DNA from: Candidatus Latescibacterota bacterium
GTDB lineage: Bacteria > Latescibacterota > UBA2968 > UBA8231
Length of the DNA stretch: 64,000 bases
Direction of reading: 5' to 3'
NCBI GenBank assembly: GCA_965248355.1
Contig: OZ252098.1
Location: forward strand, 2,944,001-3,008,000
The notes beneath the pieces are model-generated. The model did not search any database, was not told the origin of the DNA, and saw nothing but the letters and a program-made list of their open reading frames with translations. Shown piece by piece: positions 25,995 to 36,065 of this stretch; the first letter of the stretch is position 1, and each line of letters opens with the position of its first letter. Both the position numbers and the translations under genes were made by a program.

Positions 25995-27245
25995 CTAGGT
26001 CAGCTCGCGCAGACGTTTGTCCAGATCCGGGGGCGGAGTGAAGTGAAACATCTTCCCGGAGCGCGATCTTACGAGCAGGTCCCTCGCCTCCAGATCGAGA
26101 AGGTCGGTGCGCGCCGTCTGATAGGTCACTCCGTGACTCGTCCGGTGACCGGCGATCGAGTATCGAGTCCCGGGATGCCGGAGGGAATGGCTGAGAAGGG
26201 CCATCTGGCGGTGGTTGAGCGAGACGGACGCCCGCAGAAGCTGCTCTGTGGCGCGGACTTCCGTGAGCTTTCTCTTGAGGTAACGATGCAACTCGCCGAT
26301 CGCCTTGCGAAAGACGTCCAGTTGCGCGTCGATGAAGTAGGTCAGGTCGTTCTCGTCGGTTTCCGTGTACAGAAAAGACCGCGCGTACTTCGCCGGCGCC
26401 TTGCGCAGAATACCTGAGATCGACACGAACTCGGCCAGCCAGTAGCCCTGGGAGAGCATGGACCAGTAGAACAAGGCCCGCGCCGTGCGGCCGTTGCCGT
26501 CGATGAAGGGGTGGTCGTAGGCCAGCCAGAAGTGGAGAAGGATGGCCTTGACGACGGGATGCAGGAAGGCTTCGGACGGGTCGCGATTGGCGAAGTCGCA
26601 CATGGCCTGCAGGCGTTCGGGGATCTGCTCCGCCTCAGGCGGTCGATGGAGCAGCGTGTTGTCCTCCTCGTCGTAGACGGCAATGCCGTCGCCCGGCTGG
26701 CGCAGGTAGGGCGCCCGGGCCTCGGAGGCAAGCGTCTCTCGTGTGATCCTTTCGTGGATCCGGTAGACGACCTGCGGCGAGAGCGGCTCGTCCTTGAACT
26801 GCCCGATGAGGTGCATGGCGCTGTAGTTGTTCAGGATCATCCGCTCGCTGCGGTCCACCGGCCGGCGTCCGGAGCGGATCATCTCCTTCGCCTGTTCGCG
26901 GGTGGCCACGGCCCCCTCCAGCTGGCTGGACGTGACGGCCTCCTCGATCAGGGAGCTCTGGACGTAGCGATCCTTGGTCTGGGGGTTCGCGATCGCCTCC
27001 GGAAGCTCGATCCGACCGCTTGCATCTCGGTCGATTTCGTGCAGCCTCTTCAAGATCGAGTCAGGTGTCGAAAAGCTGAACGGCTCTCCGGCCCGGTCCT
27101 GAAGAGGGATCTCCCGCCCGGTCTGCGAGCGAGCGAACTTGAGCCCTGCCCACCACTCTTCCAGCGTCAGGCCGTCCGGACGAGGGAGATGGCGCAGATT
27201 GTCCCAGTGCCTGTAGCGCCCCCCGGCGGTAGGCCCCACGCCCAT
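25995..27245 (-). CDS. Fic-family protein (AMP transferase) with C-terminal wHTH
   Basis: Motif HPFIDGNGRTAR; N-terminal inhibitory motif TSSQLEG; C-terminal 'VTYQTARTDLLDL'; start uncertain. Confidence 0.92.
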   Translation of the reverse strand: MGVGPTAGGRYRHWDNLRHLPRPDGLTLEEWWAGLKFARSQTGREIPLQDRAGEPFSFSTPDSILKRLHEIDRDASGRIELPEAIANPQTKDRYVQSSLIEEAVTSSQLEGAVATREQAKEMIRSGRRPVDRSERMILNNYSAMHLIGQFKDEPLSPQVVYRIHERITRETLASEARAPYLRQPGDGIAVYDEEDNTLLHRPPEAEQIPERLQAMCDFANRDPSEAFLHPVVKAILLHFWLAYDHPFIDGNGRTARALFYWSMLSQGYWLAEFVSISGILRKAPAKYARSFLYTETDENDLTYFIDAQLDVFRKAIGELHRYLKRKLTEVRATEQLLRASVSLNHRQMALLSHSLRHPGTRYSIAGHRTSHGVTYQTARTDLLDLEARDLLVRSRSGKMFHFTPPPDLDKRLRELT

Positions 27246-27308
27246 TGCCGGCAGCCCGGCCTTGGCCGACGCGACGATGACCTCGGGCCCGGAAACGGTG
27301 CGCTTCCG

Positions 27309-27710
27309 TCATGGCCTCGGGCCGGCCTTGCGGCCCCGGCCCAGGATCTGGTCGATGATCGACCTCTGCGCGACCCTCTCCACCACCTCTCGAGTGCCCC
27401 GCATCTCCTCGGCGATTCGGGCCTGTTCCGCCTCTATCCTCGCCAAGGTCTCCGTGGCCTGAGCCGGGTCGGAGCGGTTGAGCAGCTCGAGAGCTTCGCG
27501 AAAGGCTGCAAGGGCGCCGTTCAGCGATTTGACCGCGGCCCTCGTCGAAGCCGCGAGTTGCGAGATGTTGGCATTCGCCTCCTCGAGCCCTCGTCCGGCG
27601 CCGGCGAGGGACTGCTGGAGCGAGTCCAGTTGTTCGAGGCGCTGGACCACTTCCATGGCCCTGCGCTCGGTCTCGTTGAGCCGTTCCTCCAGCCCTTCCA
27701 TCACGTCCAT
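27309..27710 (-). CDS. Hypothetical coiled-coil protein
   Basis: 133 aa, heptad-rich (E/L/A/Q); starts 1 nt after the helicase stop. Confidence 0.7.
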   Translation of the reverse strand: MDVMEGLEERLNETERRAMEVVQRLEQLDSLQQSLAGAGRGLEEANANISQLAASTRAAVKSLNGALAAFREALELLNRSDPAQATETLARIEAEQARIAEEMRGTREVVERVAQRSIIDQILGRGRKAGPRP

Positions 27711-27711
27711 C

Positions 27712-30700
27712 TCATCCTCCCAGAGCTTCCGTTACACCGGCCGCCTCGTAGTCCCCGGCCACTCGGCCGCCCGCTTGCGCCAGCTGGGCGACGACCTTGC
27801 GGATCCTGCGCGCCGCCGTCACGACGCGCACCCGTGGGTCCTCCAGTTGGACCGCTCCATTGAAGACCCTGCTCTCGATGAAGGCGAACTCCGGCTGCGA
27901 GTCAGCGAGGTCCAGCAGGGCCACCACAAGAGGCGGCCCGAGGTCGAAGGCGCGAGTCGAGGCGAGCTCGAACATCTCGTCGATGATCGCCTCCATCTCC
28001 GTCCGCGAGATCTCGTACTCCTCGATCCCGGTGCGGATGGCCCTTCCGAGTTCCGTCGAACTGACCATCTCATCGTGATCCGAGCACATCGATTCGGCGA
28101 GAGCTCGCGCCAGGAGCAGACCCGGGTGGTCCGGGTAGGACTCGAGGGCCCGGATGCACAGACCCCGCAGCTCTCCCGCATCCATCGCCGTCTGCACCTT
28201 GGTGACCAGCTCCCACCATTCGGACAGCTCGACCTTCTCCCGCGCCAGCAGTTCCTCGATCCGCTCGGCGCCCAGACCTTCCTGGAGATAGTCGAGGAGA
28301 CGTTTGCGGACCTCCGTGTCATCGCCCGCCTGGCGAGCGAGCCGGACGGCCTCCCGGATCGATCGCCGCCGTGAGCCCTCTATCTCGTCATAGGTGAACT
28401 CGATCAGCATCCTGATCAGGGCGAGGGCGCCTTCACGGGGCTCGTCCGCGTCGATCTCGTTGGCCCGCCGGACGAAGGGCTGGCTCTTGCCTGGCGTCGC
28501 CGCGCGCACGTAGTCGGTCAGCCGCTCCCGGCATCGGTCCAGGTCGAAGGGGTTGACGTGAAGGACGAAGCTCCGGCGCCCGAAGTCGACTTCATAGTCG
28601 CGGATCACTCCAAGCTTGAAGAGCCGGTAGATGGCCTTCTCCTGGCGCTTGCGGTCGCCGGCCTCCCACGGAAGCTCCACCCGCCGGCTGATCGACAGGT
28701 CTCCGATCCCGTCGATCAGGCTCCTGGCGTCGTCGATCTCCGGACCCGCCCCGCCGAAGGCCTGCAGATGGAACCAGAGCGCCCGGGTCACGTCGTCCCC
28801 GGTCTGGCGGTCCCGCTCGATCGCCTCGAACCGCTGGTGAAGGGCGGCGAGATCGAGATCGAGCAACTCGTCGGAGCGGCTCTCGTCGTACTCGGAGAAC
28901 ACCACGATGGACCGGGCGGGTTTCCGGTCCCGGCCGGCGCGCCCGGCTTCCTGGTAGAAGCCTTCCAGGGACCGCGGCATCCCGAAGTGCACGGTGTAGC
29001 GGATGTTCGGTTTGTCGATGCCCATTCCGAAGGCGCTGGTGGCGACGAGGACAGGAACGCGGTTGCCCTTGAAGGAGGCTGCGTTCTCGCGTTTCTGCTT
29101 TTCCCACTGCCCGCGCTCGACGGACCTCGGAGGGCTGCCGGAGTACGTGGTGACCTCCGAACCCGTCGTCTTTCGCACGATGCTCTGCGCATCCAGGACG
29201 CCGTAGATGCGGCCGTTGGCCCACGGCACGAAGACGATCCCGGACGCCGTCTCGCCGCCGGAGGGCCGGTAGAACTCCCCCCGAGGCAGTCCGAACCGGC
29301 CCGGCAGGGCGTTCATGACGCCGCGCAGGGCCGCCTCGGGGTCTTCGCCGGGCGAGGTGCGCACGATCTCGAAGCGGATCTCGGGCCGGTCGAACGACGC
29401 GGGGCGGATCAAGGCCTCCGGGCGGCTCCTGTCGATGCCGAGATCGATCAGCATGTCCCGGAGGACGGCGCGCGAGGCGGTGCCCGTGAGAGCGAGCAGC
29501 GGCGGCGGGCGGTTCTCGCGGTCCGCGCCGAGCCGCCGGAGGTTGTTCGCCAGGTTCAGGTAGGCGGGCCGGAAGTCGTGCCCCCACTCCGAGACGCAGT
29601 GGGCCTCGTCGATGACGGCGAGGTTGACGAAGGAGGACTCCACGAGGGCGCGCAGGGTGGCGCGGAACGGCGGCGACTGGAGCCGCTCGGGGGAGTGGAG
29701 CACGAACAGGTACTCGCCCCGTTCGACCCGCCCCAGCAGGCGTCCGCGTTCACCGGGCTCCATGTCTCCCGTGACCGGAAGGGCGCGGTCGATCCCGTAG
29801 GCGCCCAGGCCTTCCACCTGGTCTTCGATGAGAGCGTTGATCGGATCCACGACCAGCGTCACGCCCGGCATGAGGAGACCCGCGAGCTGGTAGATGATGC
29901 TCTTGCCGGCCCCCGTCTGAAGCAGCACCACGCAGTCGTCCTGGCGCAGCACGTTGAAGACGGCCTCGCCCTGCATCGGGCGGAACTCGCGCTTGCGAAA
30001 GATGTTCCGAAGGAACAGGCCGAGGGGGGACCGGGCCTCGTCGTAGGTCGAGGCGGCGATCGCCCGCCGACGAAGGTCGAAGGACGGCTCCGTGGCGATC
30101 AGGGCCGGGACGCAGACGCAGCGGATGACGAAGTCCCCCGCCCCGGGAGGGACGCGGTGGAAGGGGCTCGCCATGGGCTCGACGGCTATGCGAAGCTGTG
30201 GCCCCGGCGATCCGGAAGCGGCGGCCTCCACCCACTCGCCGGCGCCGTTGCGCCTCCAGCTGACGACGTACCCGTCCTCGCCGCGAACGGTGCATCGCCC
30301 GGGGACCGAGCAGCCGCCATACAGGACATCGATGCCTGCCAGTAGTTGAAGGACGTCGAGCACGCCGGCAGCCACCGCGGGTCCGGCGCCCCTGATCTCC
30401 ATCTCCCAGTCCTCCCCCGGGGTCAGCCACCCATACTCGACGGCCCGGGCGACGGCGAACTGCACCTTCGCGGCCAGGGAGCAATCGACGACGAGGGAAG
30501 TTGCGGCCCGGTCCTCACCGGCGGACGAGTCAAATGCCGTGAGTGCCTCTTCGCATCGACGGCAGATCTGATCGAGCACCGGTCCCCGGCCCTGCAGCAC
30601 CTCCGCGTTGCTGACTCGGAGAACGTCGATCCCCACGGCGCGCAGCGATTCGTCACGTTCCTCGTCGATATCCCTTGCCCCATCGTGTTCCGGACCGTCG

Positions 30701-31578
30701 ATCTCGATCGCGAGGGGACGACCGCCGGGGTGATAGAAGAGGAAATCGATGCGCCGGCCGCCCCCACCCTCTCCGCCCCCGCGGGACTCGACCAGCCTGT
30801 CGAGCGGCGCCTGCGGCGTGAACCAGTGGCCGGCCGCCGGCCCCAGGGCCTCGGGGACCCACTTCTCGAGGAACCACGCCTCGGCCTCGCTCTGCAGCAG
30901 CGCCTCGCCGGAACCGGCGTCGAAGTCGAAGCCGGGGTCCAGAACGAAGGGATCTCTCTCAACGGCCCGGGACAGGATGGCTTCGGCGCTCGCGCGAGGG
31001 GCCTGGCCGGGCGGCGGTTGCCAGCCCACCTCCGAGCCATCGGCGCCGGACTCGCTCGCCGAACCCAGGAAGCCGTGGACGCGCAGCGCTTCCTCCTCGA
31101 CGTTCAGCGTCGGGTAGGGTATCCGGCCGCGGCGCAGCACCTTCAGCAGCAGGGCGACGGCGAAGCGGGCGTGTTCCCCGGGCTCCCGGCGCTCGCGGCT
31201 TCTGCTCGAGAGCAGCACGCACTGGCTGAGGGCCTGCCTCAGACGGGCGTCACGGACCAGACGGTCCCGGAGGACTCGGGGCACCGCTCCCACCGACACG
31301 TACTCGGCGATGAAACCGGGGCGCCGCGCGCCCTCGATCCACTCGACCGGCAGCGGCGCCGGCCTGCGGGAGGGCCGGGCCGACCGGCGATCACCGTCCC
31401 GGTCTCCGAGATCCCGGGTGCCCCGGCAGTCCGGATACCGCGTGCAGCCCCAGAACCGCCCTCCGGCCTTGGGGCCGGCCCTCGCCGTGCGCAGCTTCAT
31501 CGCGGCGGCGCACGTAGGGCACGAGGGCGGTGTCGACGGGGCGGTCGATCCCTCCCGCTCCGTGTCTACCCCTCCCAC
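27712..31578 (-). CDS. Large RecQ-family helicase with N-terminal C4 zinc ribbon and DUF559/Vsr-like nuclease domain
   Basis: CPTC...FWGCTRYPDC; 'RRIDFLF...AIEIDGPEH...RDESLRAVGIDVLRV'; TGAGKS, DEAHCVSEWGHDFRPAY, FGMGIDKPNIR, YQEAGRAGRD; GTG start at 31578 inferred from upstream GGAGGAG. Confidence 0.85.
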   Translation of the reverse strand: MGGVDTEREGSTAPSTPPSCPTCAAAMKLRTARAGPKAGGRFWGCTRYPDCRGTRDLGDRDGDRRSARPSRRPAPLPVEWIEGARRPGFIAEYVSVGAVPRVLRDRLVRDARLRQALSQCVLLSSRSRERREPGEHARFAVALLLKVLRRGRIPYPTLNVEEEALRVHGFLGSASESGADGSEVGWQPPPGQAPRASAEAILSRAVERDPFVLDPGFDFDAGSGEALLQSEAEAWFLEKWVPEALGPAAGHWFTPQAPLDRLVESRGGGEGGGGRRIDFLFYHPGGRPLAIEIDGPEHDGARDIDEERDESLRAVGIDVLRVSNAEVLQGRGPVLDQICRRCEEALTAFDSSAGEDRAATSLVVDCSLAAKVQFAVARAVEYGWLTPGEDWEMEIRGAGPAVAAGVLDVLQLLAGIDVLYGGCSVPGRCTVRGEDGYVVSWRRNGAGEWVEAAASGSPGPQLRIAVEPMASPFHRVPPGAGDFVIRCVCVPALIATEPSFDLRRRAIAASTYDEARSPLGLFLRNIFRKREFRPMQGEAVFNVLRQDDCVVLLQTGAGKSIIYQLAGLLMPGVTLVVDPINALIEDQVEGLGAYGIDRALPVTGDMEPGERGRLLGRVERGEYLFVLHSPERLQSPPFRATLRALVESSFVNLAVIDEAHCVSEWGHDFRPAYLNLANNLRRLGADRENRPPPLLALTGTASRAVLRDMLIDLGIDRSRPEALIRPASFDRPEIRFEIVRTSPGEDPEAALRGVMNALPGRFGLPRGEFYRPSGGETASGIVFVPWANGRIYGVLDAQSIVRKTTGSEVTTYSGSPPRSVERGQWEKQKRENAASFKGNRVPVLVATSAFGMGIDKPNIRYTVHFGMPRSLEGFYQEAGRAGRDRKPARSIVVFSEYDESRSDELLDLDLAALHQRFEAIERDRQTGDDVTRALWFHLQAFGGAGPEIDDARSLIDGIGDLSISRRVELPWEAGDRKRQEKAIYRLFKLGVIRDYEVDFGRRSFVLHVNPFDLDRCRERLTDYVRAATPGKSQPFVRRANEIDADEPREGALALIRMLIEFTYDEIEGSRRRSIREAVRLARQAGDDTEVRKRLLDYLQEGLGAERIEELLAREKVELSEWWELVTKVQTAMDAGELRGLCIRALESYPDHPGLLLARALAESMCSDHDEMVSSTELGRAIRTGIEEYEISRTEMEAIIDEMFELASTRAFDLGPPLVVALLDLADSQPEFAFIESRVFNGAVQLEDPRVRVVTAARRIRKVVAQLAQAGGRVAGDYEAAGVTEALGG

Positions 31579-31997
31579 AGCGACAGCAGCTCCTCCGACG
31601 TCGTCACGTCCAGCCCGATGTCCCGGAACTGGCGCAGGGCCGCCTCGTGGCCGGCCGGCCGGGGGGAGCGGGTGCAGTCGCCGACGACGGCGACGTAGTA
31701 GTCCAGGCACCAGTCGGTGGAGCAGCCCACCAGGACCACGCTCTCGCGCCGCAGGGTGCGCAGCATGAGGTCGAAGTCGGTGCCCTCGAAGGCGCAGCCC
31801 CGGTGCTTGGACAGGATGTGGTCGCCTTCCCGCGGCTGCAGGCCCGGGTGGACCCGCACCTTGTCGAAGATGACCCGGTCCGGGCCCTCGTCCCACCGGG
31901 GGACGTTCTCGATGTCGATCACCGCGAGCGCCGCCCGGCGCGGATCCACCACCTCCGCCAGGCTCTCGCAGACCTGCTTGCCGTCGATCGTCAGCAT
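31566..31997 (-). pseudogene. Isochorismatase/cysteine hydrolase, apparently internally deleted
   Basis: VIDIEN, SKHRGCAFEGTDFD, GCSTDWC; the helix normally following the Cys appears missing (WC-LDYYVAVVGDC); only 143 aa. Confidence 0.6.
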
Positions 31998-32155
31998 GGA
32001 TACCTCCTCGGGGGGCGCTAGTATACGGTCCCGCCGCCCGGGGGCAGAACCCGCTGCAAGCCCCCGCGGGGCCGCTGGCGGCCAGGGGCAGGCTCCCGCG
32101 GCCGGGCGGTCCGGCGACTGGCGGCCGGCCCCGGCGCGCCCCACATTAGCCGCCC

Positions 32156-33250
32156 ATGTCCGACAAGCTGACCGTCGCCGTCATCGGGTGCGGCCGCCTG
32201 GGCCAGCACTACGTGGAGGTCTACAACACCCTCCCCGACACCGAGGTCGTGGCCCTCGTCGAGCCCAACCCCGGCCGCCGCCAGGCCGTGGGCGAGCGCT
32301 TCGGCGTCGACGGCCTCTTCGCCGACGTCGATGAGCTCTACCGCCGCATGACCCCGGATCTGGCCGCCGTGGTCCTGCCCGCCAAGTTCATCCAGGAAGT
32401 CGTCACCGCCAGCGCCGAGGCCGGCGTGCGCGGCGTCTCCACGGACAAGCCGATCGGCGCCCGGCTGGCCGACGTGGACGCCATGATCGAGGCCTGCGAG
32501 TCCCGGGGGGTGGTCTTCGCCGGCGGCAACCTGGTGCGCGCCATGAGCGAGGTGCAGGAGGCCGCCGCCTGGCTGCGGGCCGGCGACTTCGGCGAGCTGC
32601 GGGGCGCCGCCGTCCACTCCTGGAGCACCGAGATCTCCGGCGGCGGCTGCCAGCAGATCGCCGTGATGCGCCTGTTCACCGGCGCCGAGGTGGCCGAGGT
32701 CACCGCCTGGGGCTCCCCGCAGGAGGCCCTGGAGTCCGGCACGGACGAGGACCTCGCCATCAACGGCCGCTTCCGCCTCAGCAGCGGCCTCGAGTGCCCC
32801 GTCTTCAGCTCCCGCGCCCCCTGCCGCGGCGTCGACGTCTGGACCGACGACGCCCTCGTGCGCTGGAACTGGGCGCCGCCGGAGATCTGGCAGGGCTTCG
32901 ACTCTTCCGGCGCGCGCGTCCGCGTCGAGCGCCCGTACGCCCCCGTCGAGCACCCGCGGTTCTCCTACCTGGGCACCTCGATCCGCTCCTTCGTCGACGT
33001 GGTCCGCCACGGCGGCGAGCTGTTCATCTCCGGCCGCGACCTGCTCCAGTCCCTGGAGGTCGCCGTCGCCGCCCGGGAGTCCGCCCTGCGCAACGCCGCC
33101 CCGGTCTCCCTGCCCCTGCAGGACCGCTCCCTCACCCTCTACCCGCGCCGCTACCGCTGGCTCGGCGGCGACCACTCCGGCCGCGAGCAGAGCGTCGAGG
33201 AAGCGCGCACCATGTCTCTCTTCATCCTCTTCGGAATCCATTCCTCCTGA
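32156..33250 (+). CDS. Gfo/Idh/MocA oxidoreductase
   Basis: VAVIGCGRLGQHY; 'STDKPIG' variant of EKP. Confidence 0.88.
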   Translation: MSDKLTVAVIGCGRLGQHYVEVYNTLPDTEVVALVEPNPGRRQAVGERFGVDGLFADVDELYRRMTPDLAAVVLPAKFIQEVVTASAEAGVRGVSTDKPIGARLADVDAMIEACESRGVVFAGGNLVRAMSEVQEAAAWLRAGDFGELRGAAVHSWSTEISGGGCQQIAVMRLFTGAEVAEVTAWGSPQEALESGTDEDLAINGRFRLSSGLECPVFSSRAPCRGVDVWTDDALVRWNWAPPEIWQGFDSSGARVRVERPYAPVEHPRFSYLGTSIRSFVDVVRHGGELFISGRDLLQSLEVAVAARESALRNAAPVSLPLQDRSLTLYPRRYRWLGGDHSGREQSVEEARTMSLFILFGIHSS

Positions 33251-33267
33251 CGGACACGACCGCTCTC

Positions 33268-33987
33268 ATGGATTCACGCCGGCATCTGGCTCTCGAAGGC
33301 ACCCTGAACGTCCGCGACCTCGGCGGCTACCCGACCGCCGACGGCCGCACCACGCAGTGGCGCCGCTTCCTGCGCGCCGACGGCCTCCACCAGCTCGCCG
33401 ACTCGGCCCGCGATGAGCTGCTGGGCCTGGGGCTGCGCACCGTCCTCGACCTGCGGCGGGGCAGCGAGCTGGCCGAGCGGCCCAGCGTCTTCGCGGCCTC
33501 GGAGGGGGTCGACTACCGCCACGTGGACTTCGTCGGCGAGGGGCCCACCGACCCCTCCCAACCGCTGCTCGAAGGCGCCGAGCGGACCGGCGACATCTAC
33601 TGCCAGTACCTCGAGGTACGCCGCGAGCAGGTGCTGGAGACCCTGCGCACCCTCGCCGAGCCCGGGGCCGTGCCCGCCCTCTTCAACTGCGCCGCCGGCA
33701 AGGACCGCACCGGCGTCACCGCCGCCCTGCTCCTCGGCCTGGCCGGGGTGCCCGACGACGTGATCGCCGAGGACTACGGCCTCAGCGGCTGGTTCCTCTT
33801 CCACCGCCTGGAGGAGGGCGACACCCGGACCCGTCAGGAGTACCAGGAGCAGGCCTCCCCCACGAAGGCCATGGAGATCGTCCTCGACCACCTGAACGGC
33901 CGGTACGGCGGCTTCGAGCCCTTCGTGCGCGCCATCGGCCTGTCCGCCGAGGAGGTGACACGGCTGCGCGCCGGCCTGCTGGAGTGA
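33268..33987 (+). CDS. Tyrosine-protein phosphatase family (PtpB/IphP-like)
   Basis: NVRDLGGY, VLDLR, P-loop NCAAGKDRTG, IAEDY. Confidence 0.92.
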   Translation: MDSRRHLALEGTLNVRDLGGYPTADGRTTQWRRFLRADGLHQLADSARDELLGLGLRTVLDLRRGSELAERPSVFAASEGVDYRHVDFVGEGPTDPSQPLLEGAERTGDIYCQYLEVRREQVLETLRTLAEPGAVPALFNCAAGKDRTGVTAALLLGLAGVPDDVIAEDYGLSGWFLFHRLEEGDTRTRQEYQEQASPTKAMEIVLDHLNGRYGGFEPFVRAIGLSAEEVTRLRAGLLE

Positions 33988-35321
33988 GGCCATTGAGCGG
34001 CGACCGCCTCTTCCACCGCGTCCGCAAGGACCGCTGGCTGCGCGTCGACCGCGGCGAGGGCTGCTGGCTCTACGGCGACGACGGCCGCGCTTGGCTCGAC
34101 GCCTGCGCGGGCGTCCACGTGGTCAGCATCGGTCACGGCGTGCCCGAGATCGCCGACGCCATGCAGGCCCAGGCCCGCAAGGTCGCCTTCACCTACTCGC
34201 GCTTCCTCACCGAACCACAGGTCGACCTGGCCGACCGCATCGCCGCCCTGACCCCGGGGGACCTGAACCGCGTGTTCTTCGTCTCCGGCGGCTCCGAGGC
34301 CACCGAGTCGGCCATGAAGATCGCCCGCAAGTACCACCTGGAGACGGGCAATCCCGGCAAGCACAAGATCGTCTCCCGGTGGCAGAGCTGGCACGGCAAC
34401 ACCGTGGGCGCCCTCTCCATGTCCGGGCGCTCGCCGTGGCGCCGCGACTACGCGCCCTACCTGCTCGACTTCCCCCACATCCGCCCCTGCTACCCGTACC
34501 GCTGCCCCTGTTGCCGCGACGAGTGCGCCATGACCTGCGCCGAGGACCTGGAACGCGTCATCCTGCAGGAGGGCCCCGAGACGATCGCCGCCTTCATCGC
34601 CGAGCCGGTCCTCGGCACCTCCTGCGCCGGCCTGACGCCCCCGCCCGGCTACTTCCGCACCATCCGCGAGATCTGCGACCGCCACGACGTGCTCATGATC
34701 GTCGACGAGGTGGTCACCGGCTTCGGACGCACGGGCGTCGACTTCGGGATCGACCACTTCGACGTGGTCCCCGACATCCTGGCCACCGGCAAGGGCCTGA
34801 GCAGCGGCTACACCCCGATCGCCGCCACCGTCGTGAGCGACCGGATCTACGACGCCATCTACGAGAGACAGAGCCACTACGTGCACGGCCACACCTACGG
34901 CGGCAACCCTCTCTCCTGCGCCGTGGCCCTGGCCGTGCAGGACTACGTCGCCGCCCACGACCTCGTGGACCGCTGCCGCCGCATGGGCGACCTCATGCTG
35001 GAGCGCCTCGAGCCCCTGCTGGACAACCCCATCGTCGGGGCGGTGCGCGGCAAGGGACTGCTCACGGGGGTGGAGTTCGTCGCCGACAAGCAGACCCGGG
35101 AGCCCTTCCCCGTGGAGCGGGGCGTGACCGCCGCCGTGGTCGACCGCGTCTTCGAGCGGGGCGTGCTGATCATGCCCGGGGCGCCGGGGCTGGTGGACGG
35201 CGTCCGGGGCGACCACATCGCCATCAGCCCGCCCTTCACCGTCGACGAGGACGAGGTGGAGACCACGGTGCGCGCCGTGACCGAGGCGGTGGAGGAGACG
35301 GCGCGGGAGCTGGGCCGCTGA
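33984..35321 (+). CDS. Class-III PLP aminotransferase
   Basis: SGGSEATE, FIAEPV, IVDEVVTGFGRTG, ATGKGLSSGY, HGHTYGGNP. Confidence 0.93.
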   Translation: MRPLSGDRLFHRVRKDRWLRVDRGEGCWLYGDDGRAWLDACAGVHVVSIGHGVPEIADAMQAQARKVAFTYSRFLTEPQVDLADRIAALTPGDLNRVFFVSGGSEATESAMKIARKYHLETGNPGKHKIVSRWQSWHGNTVGALSMSGRSPWRRDYAPYLLDFPHIRPCYPYRCPCCRDECAMTCAEDLERVILQEGPETIAAFIAEPVLGTSCAGLTPPPGYFRTIREICDRHDVLMIVDEVVTGFGRTGVDFGIDHFDVVPDILATGKGLSSGYTPIAATVVSDRIYDAIYERQSHYVHGHTYGGNPLSCAVALAVQDYVAAHDLVDRCRRMGDLMLERLEPLLDNPIVGAVRGKGLLTGVEFVADKQTREPFPVERGVTAAVVDRVFERGVLIMPGAPGLVDGVRGDHIAISPPFTVDEDEVETTVRAVTEAVEETARELGR

Positions 35322-35331
35322 GGCGCGGGTA

Positions 35332-35360
35332 TTGACTCGGGAAGTACGAATACTTACTTC
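35332..35360 (+). promoter_or_regulatory. Putative promoter and operator of the AbrB-VapC module
   Basis: TTGACT at 35332, 17-bp spacer, TACTTC; inverted repeat GAAGTA-N8-TACTTC (35341-35360). Confidence 0.5.
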
Positions 35361-35390
35361 TCAAGCACGTATTCAACAGGAGGGGATGAC

Positions 35391-35612
35391 ATGAAGGCGA
35401 CACTCTCTCAGAGAGGGCAGGTGACGATCCCCAAGACCTGCCGGGACAAGCTCGGGCTCAAGACGGGCGCGGTTCTGGATTTCGAGGCCAGGGACGGAGT
35501 CCTCGTGGCGCGCAAGGTCCAGCCCGAGGACGTGTTCCGCAAGTGGAGAGGGCGCGGCCGGCTTCCGCTCGGGCTCGGAGTCGACGAGTACCTCGACGAA
35601 GTACGGGGATGA
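35391..35612 (+). CDS. AbrB/MazE-family antitoxin
   Basis: MKATLSQRGQVTIPKTCRDKLGLKTGAVLDF; strong RBS. Confidence 0.9.
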   Translation: MKATLSQRGQVTIPKTCRDKLGLKTGAVLDFEARDGVLVARKVQPEDVFRKWRGRGRLPLGLGVDEYLDEVRG

Positions 35613-36022
35613 TCTCGGCCGTCGATTCATCCATCCTTCTGGACGTCGTCACCGACGATCCCCGTTACGCCGATGAATCCGAAGAGGTCCTTCGCCGTGT
35701 GTCGCGCGAAGGGCAGGTCATCGCTTGTGAATGCGTCCTCGCCGAGATCTATCCGGCCTTCGAGGGTCCGGACTCCTTCGAGGAGTTCCTCGCAGACTGG
35801 CAGGTAGAGTTCGTCCCATCCTCGCGACCGAGCGCGATCCTGGCCGGCCGCCACTTCGCCGCATATCTGGAACGGGGAGGTTCACGCCGTCGAATCCTGG
35901 CTGACTTCCTGATCGGCGCCCACGCGCAGACGCAGGCCGACCGGCTCGTGGCCCGCGACCGGGGATTCCTGCGGGACTACTTCTCCGGCCTGCAGTTGCT
36001 CGATCCCTCCACAGGGGCCTGA
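35609..36022 (+). CDS. vapC: VapC PIN-domain toxin
   Basis: MISAVDSSILLD, VLAE, ILADFLIGAHA, LVARDRGF; ATGA overlap with the antitoxin. Confidence 0.9.
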   Translation: MISAVDSSILLDVVTDDPRYADESEEVLRRVSREGQVIACECVLAEIYPAFEGPDSFEEFLADWQVEFVPSSRPSAILAGRHFAAYLERGGSRRRILADFLIGAHAQTQADRLVARDRGFLRDYFSGLQLLDPSTGA

Positions 36023-36065
36023 CCCCGTCGCCCGCGCCCAGGGCGGCCGGAGTGAGGTGGAGGGC

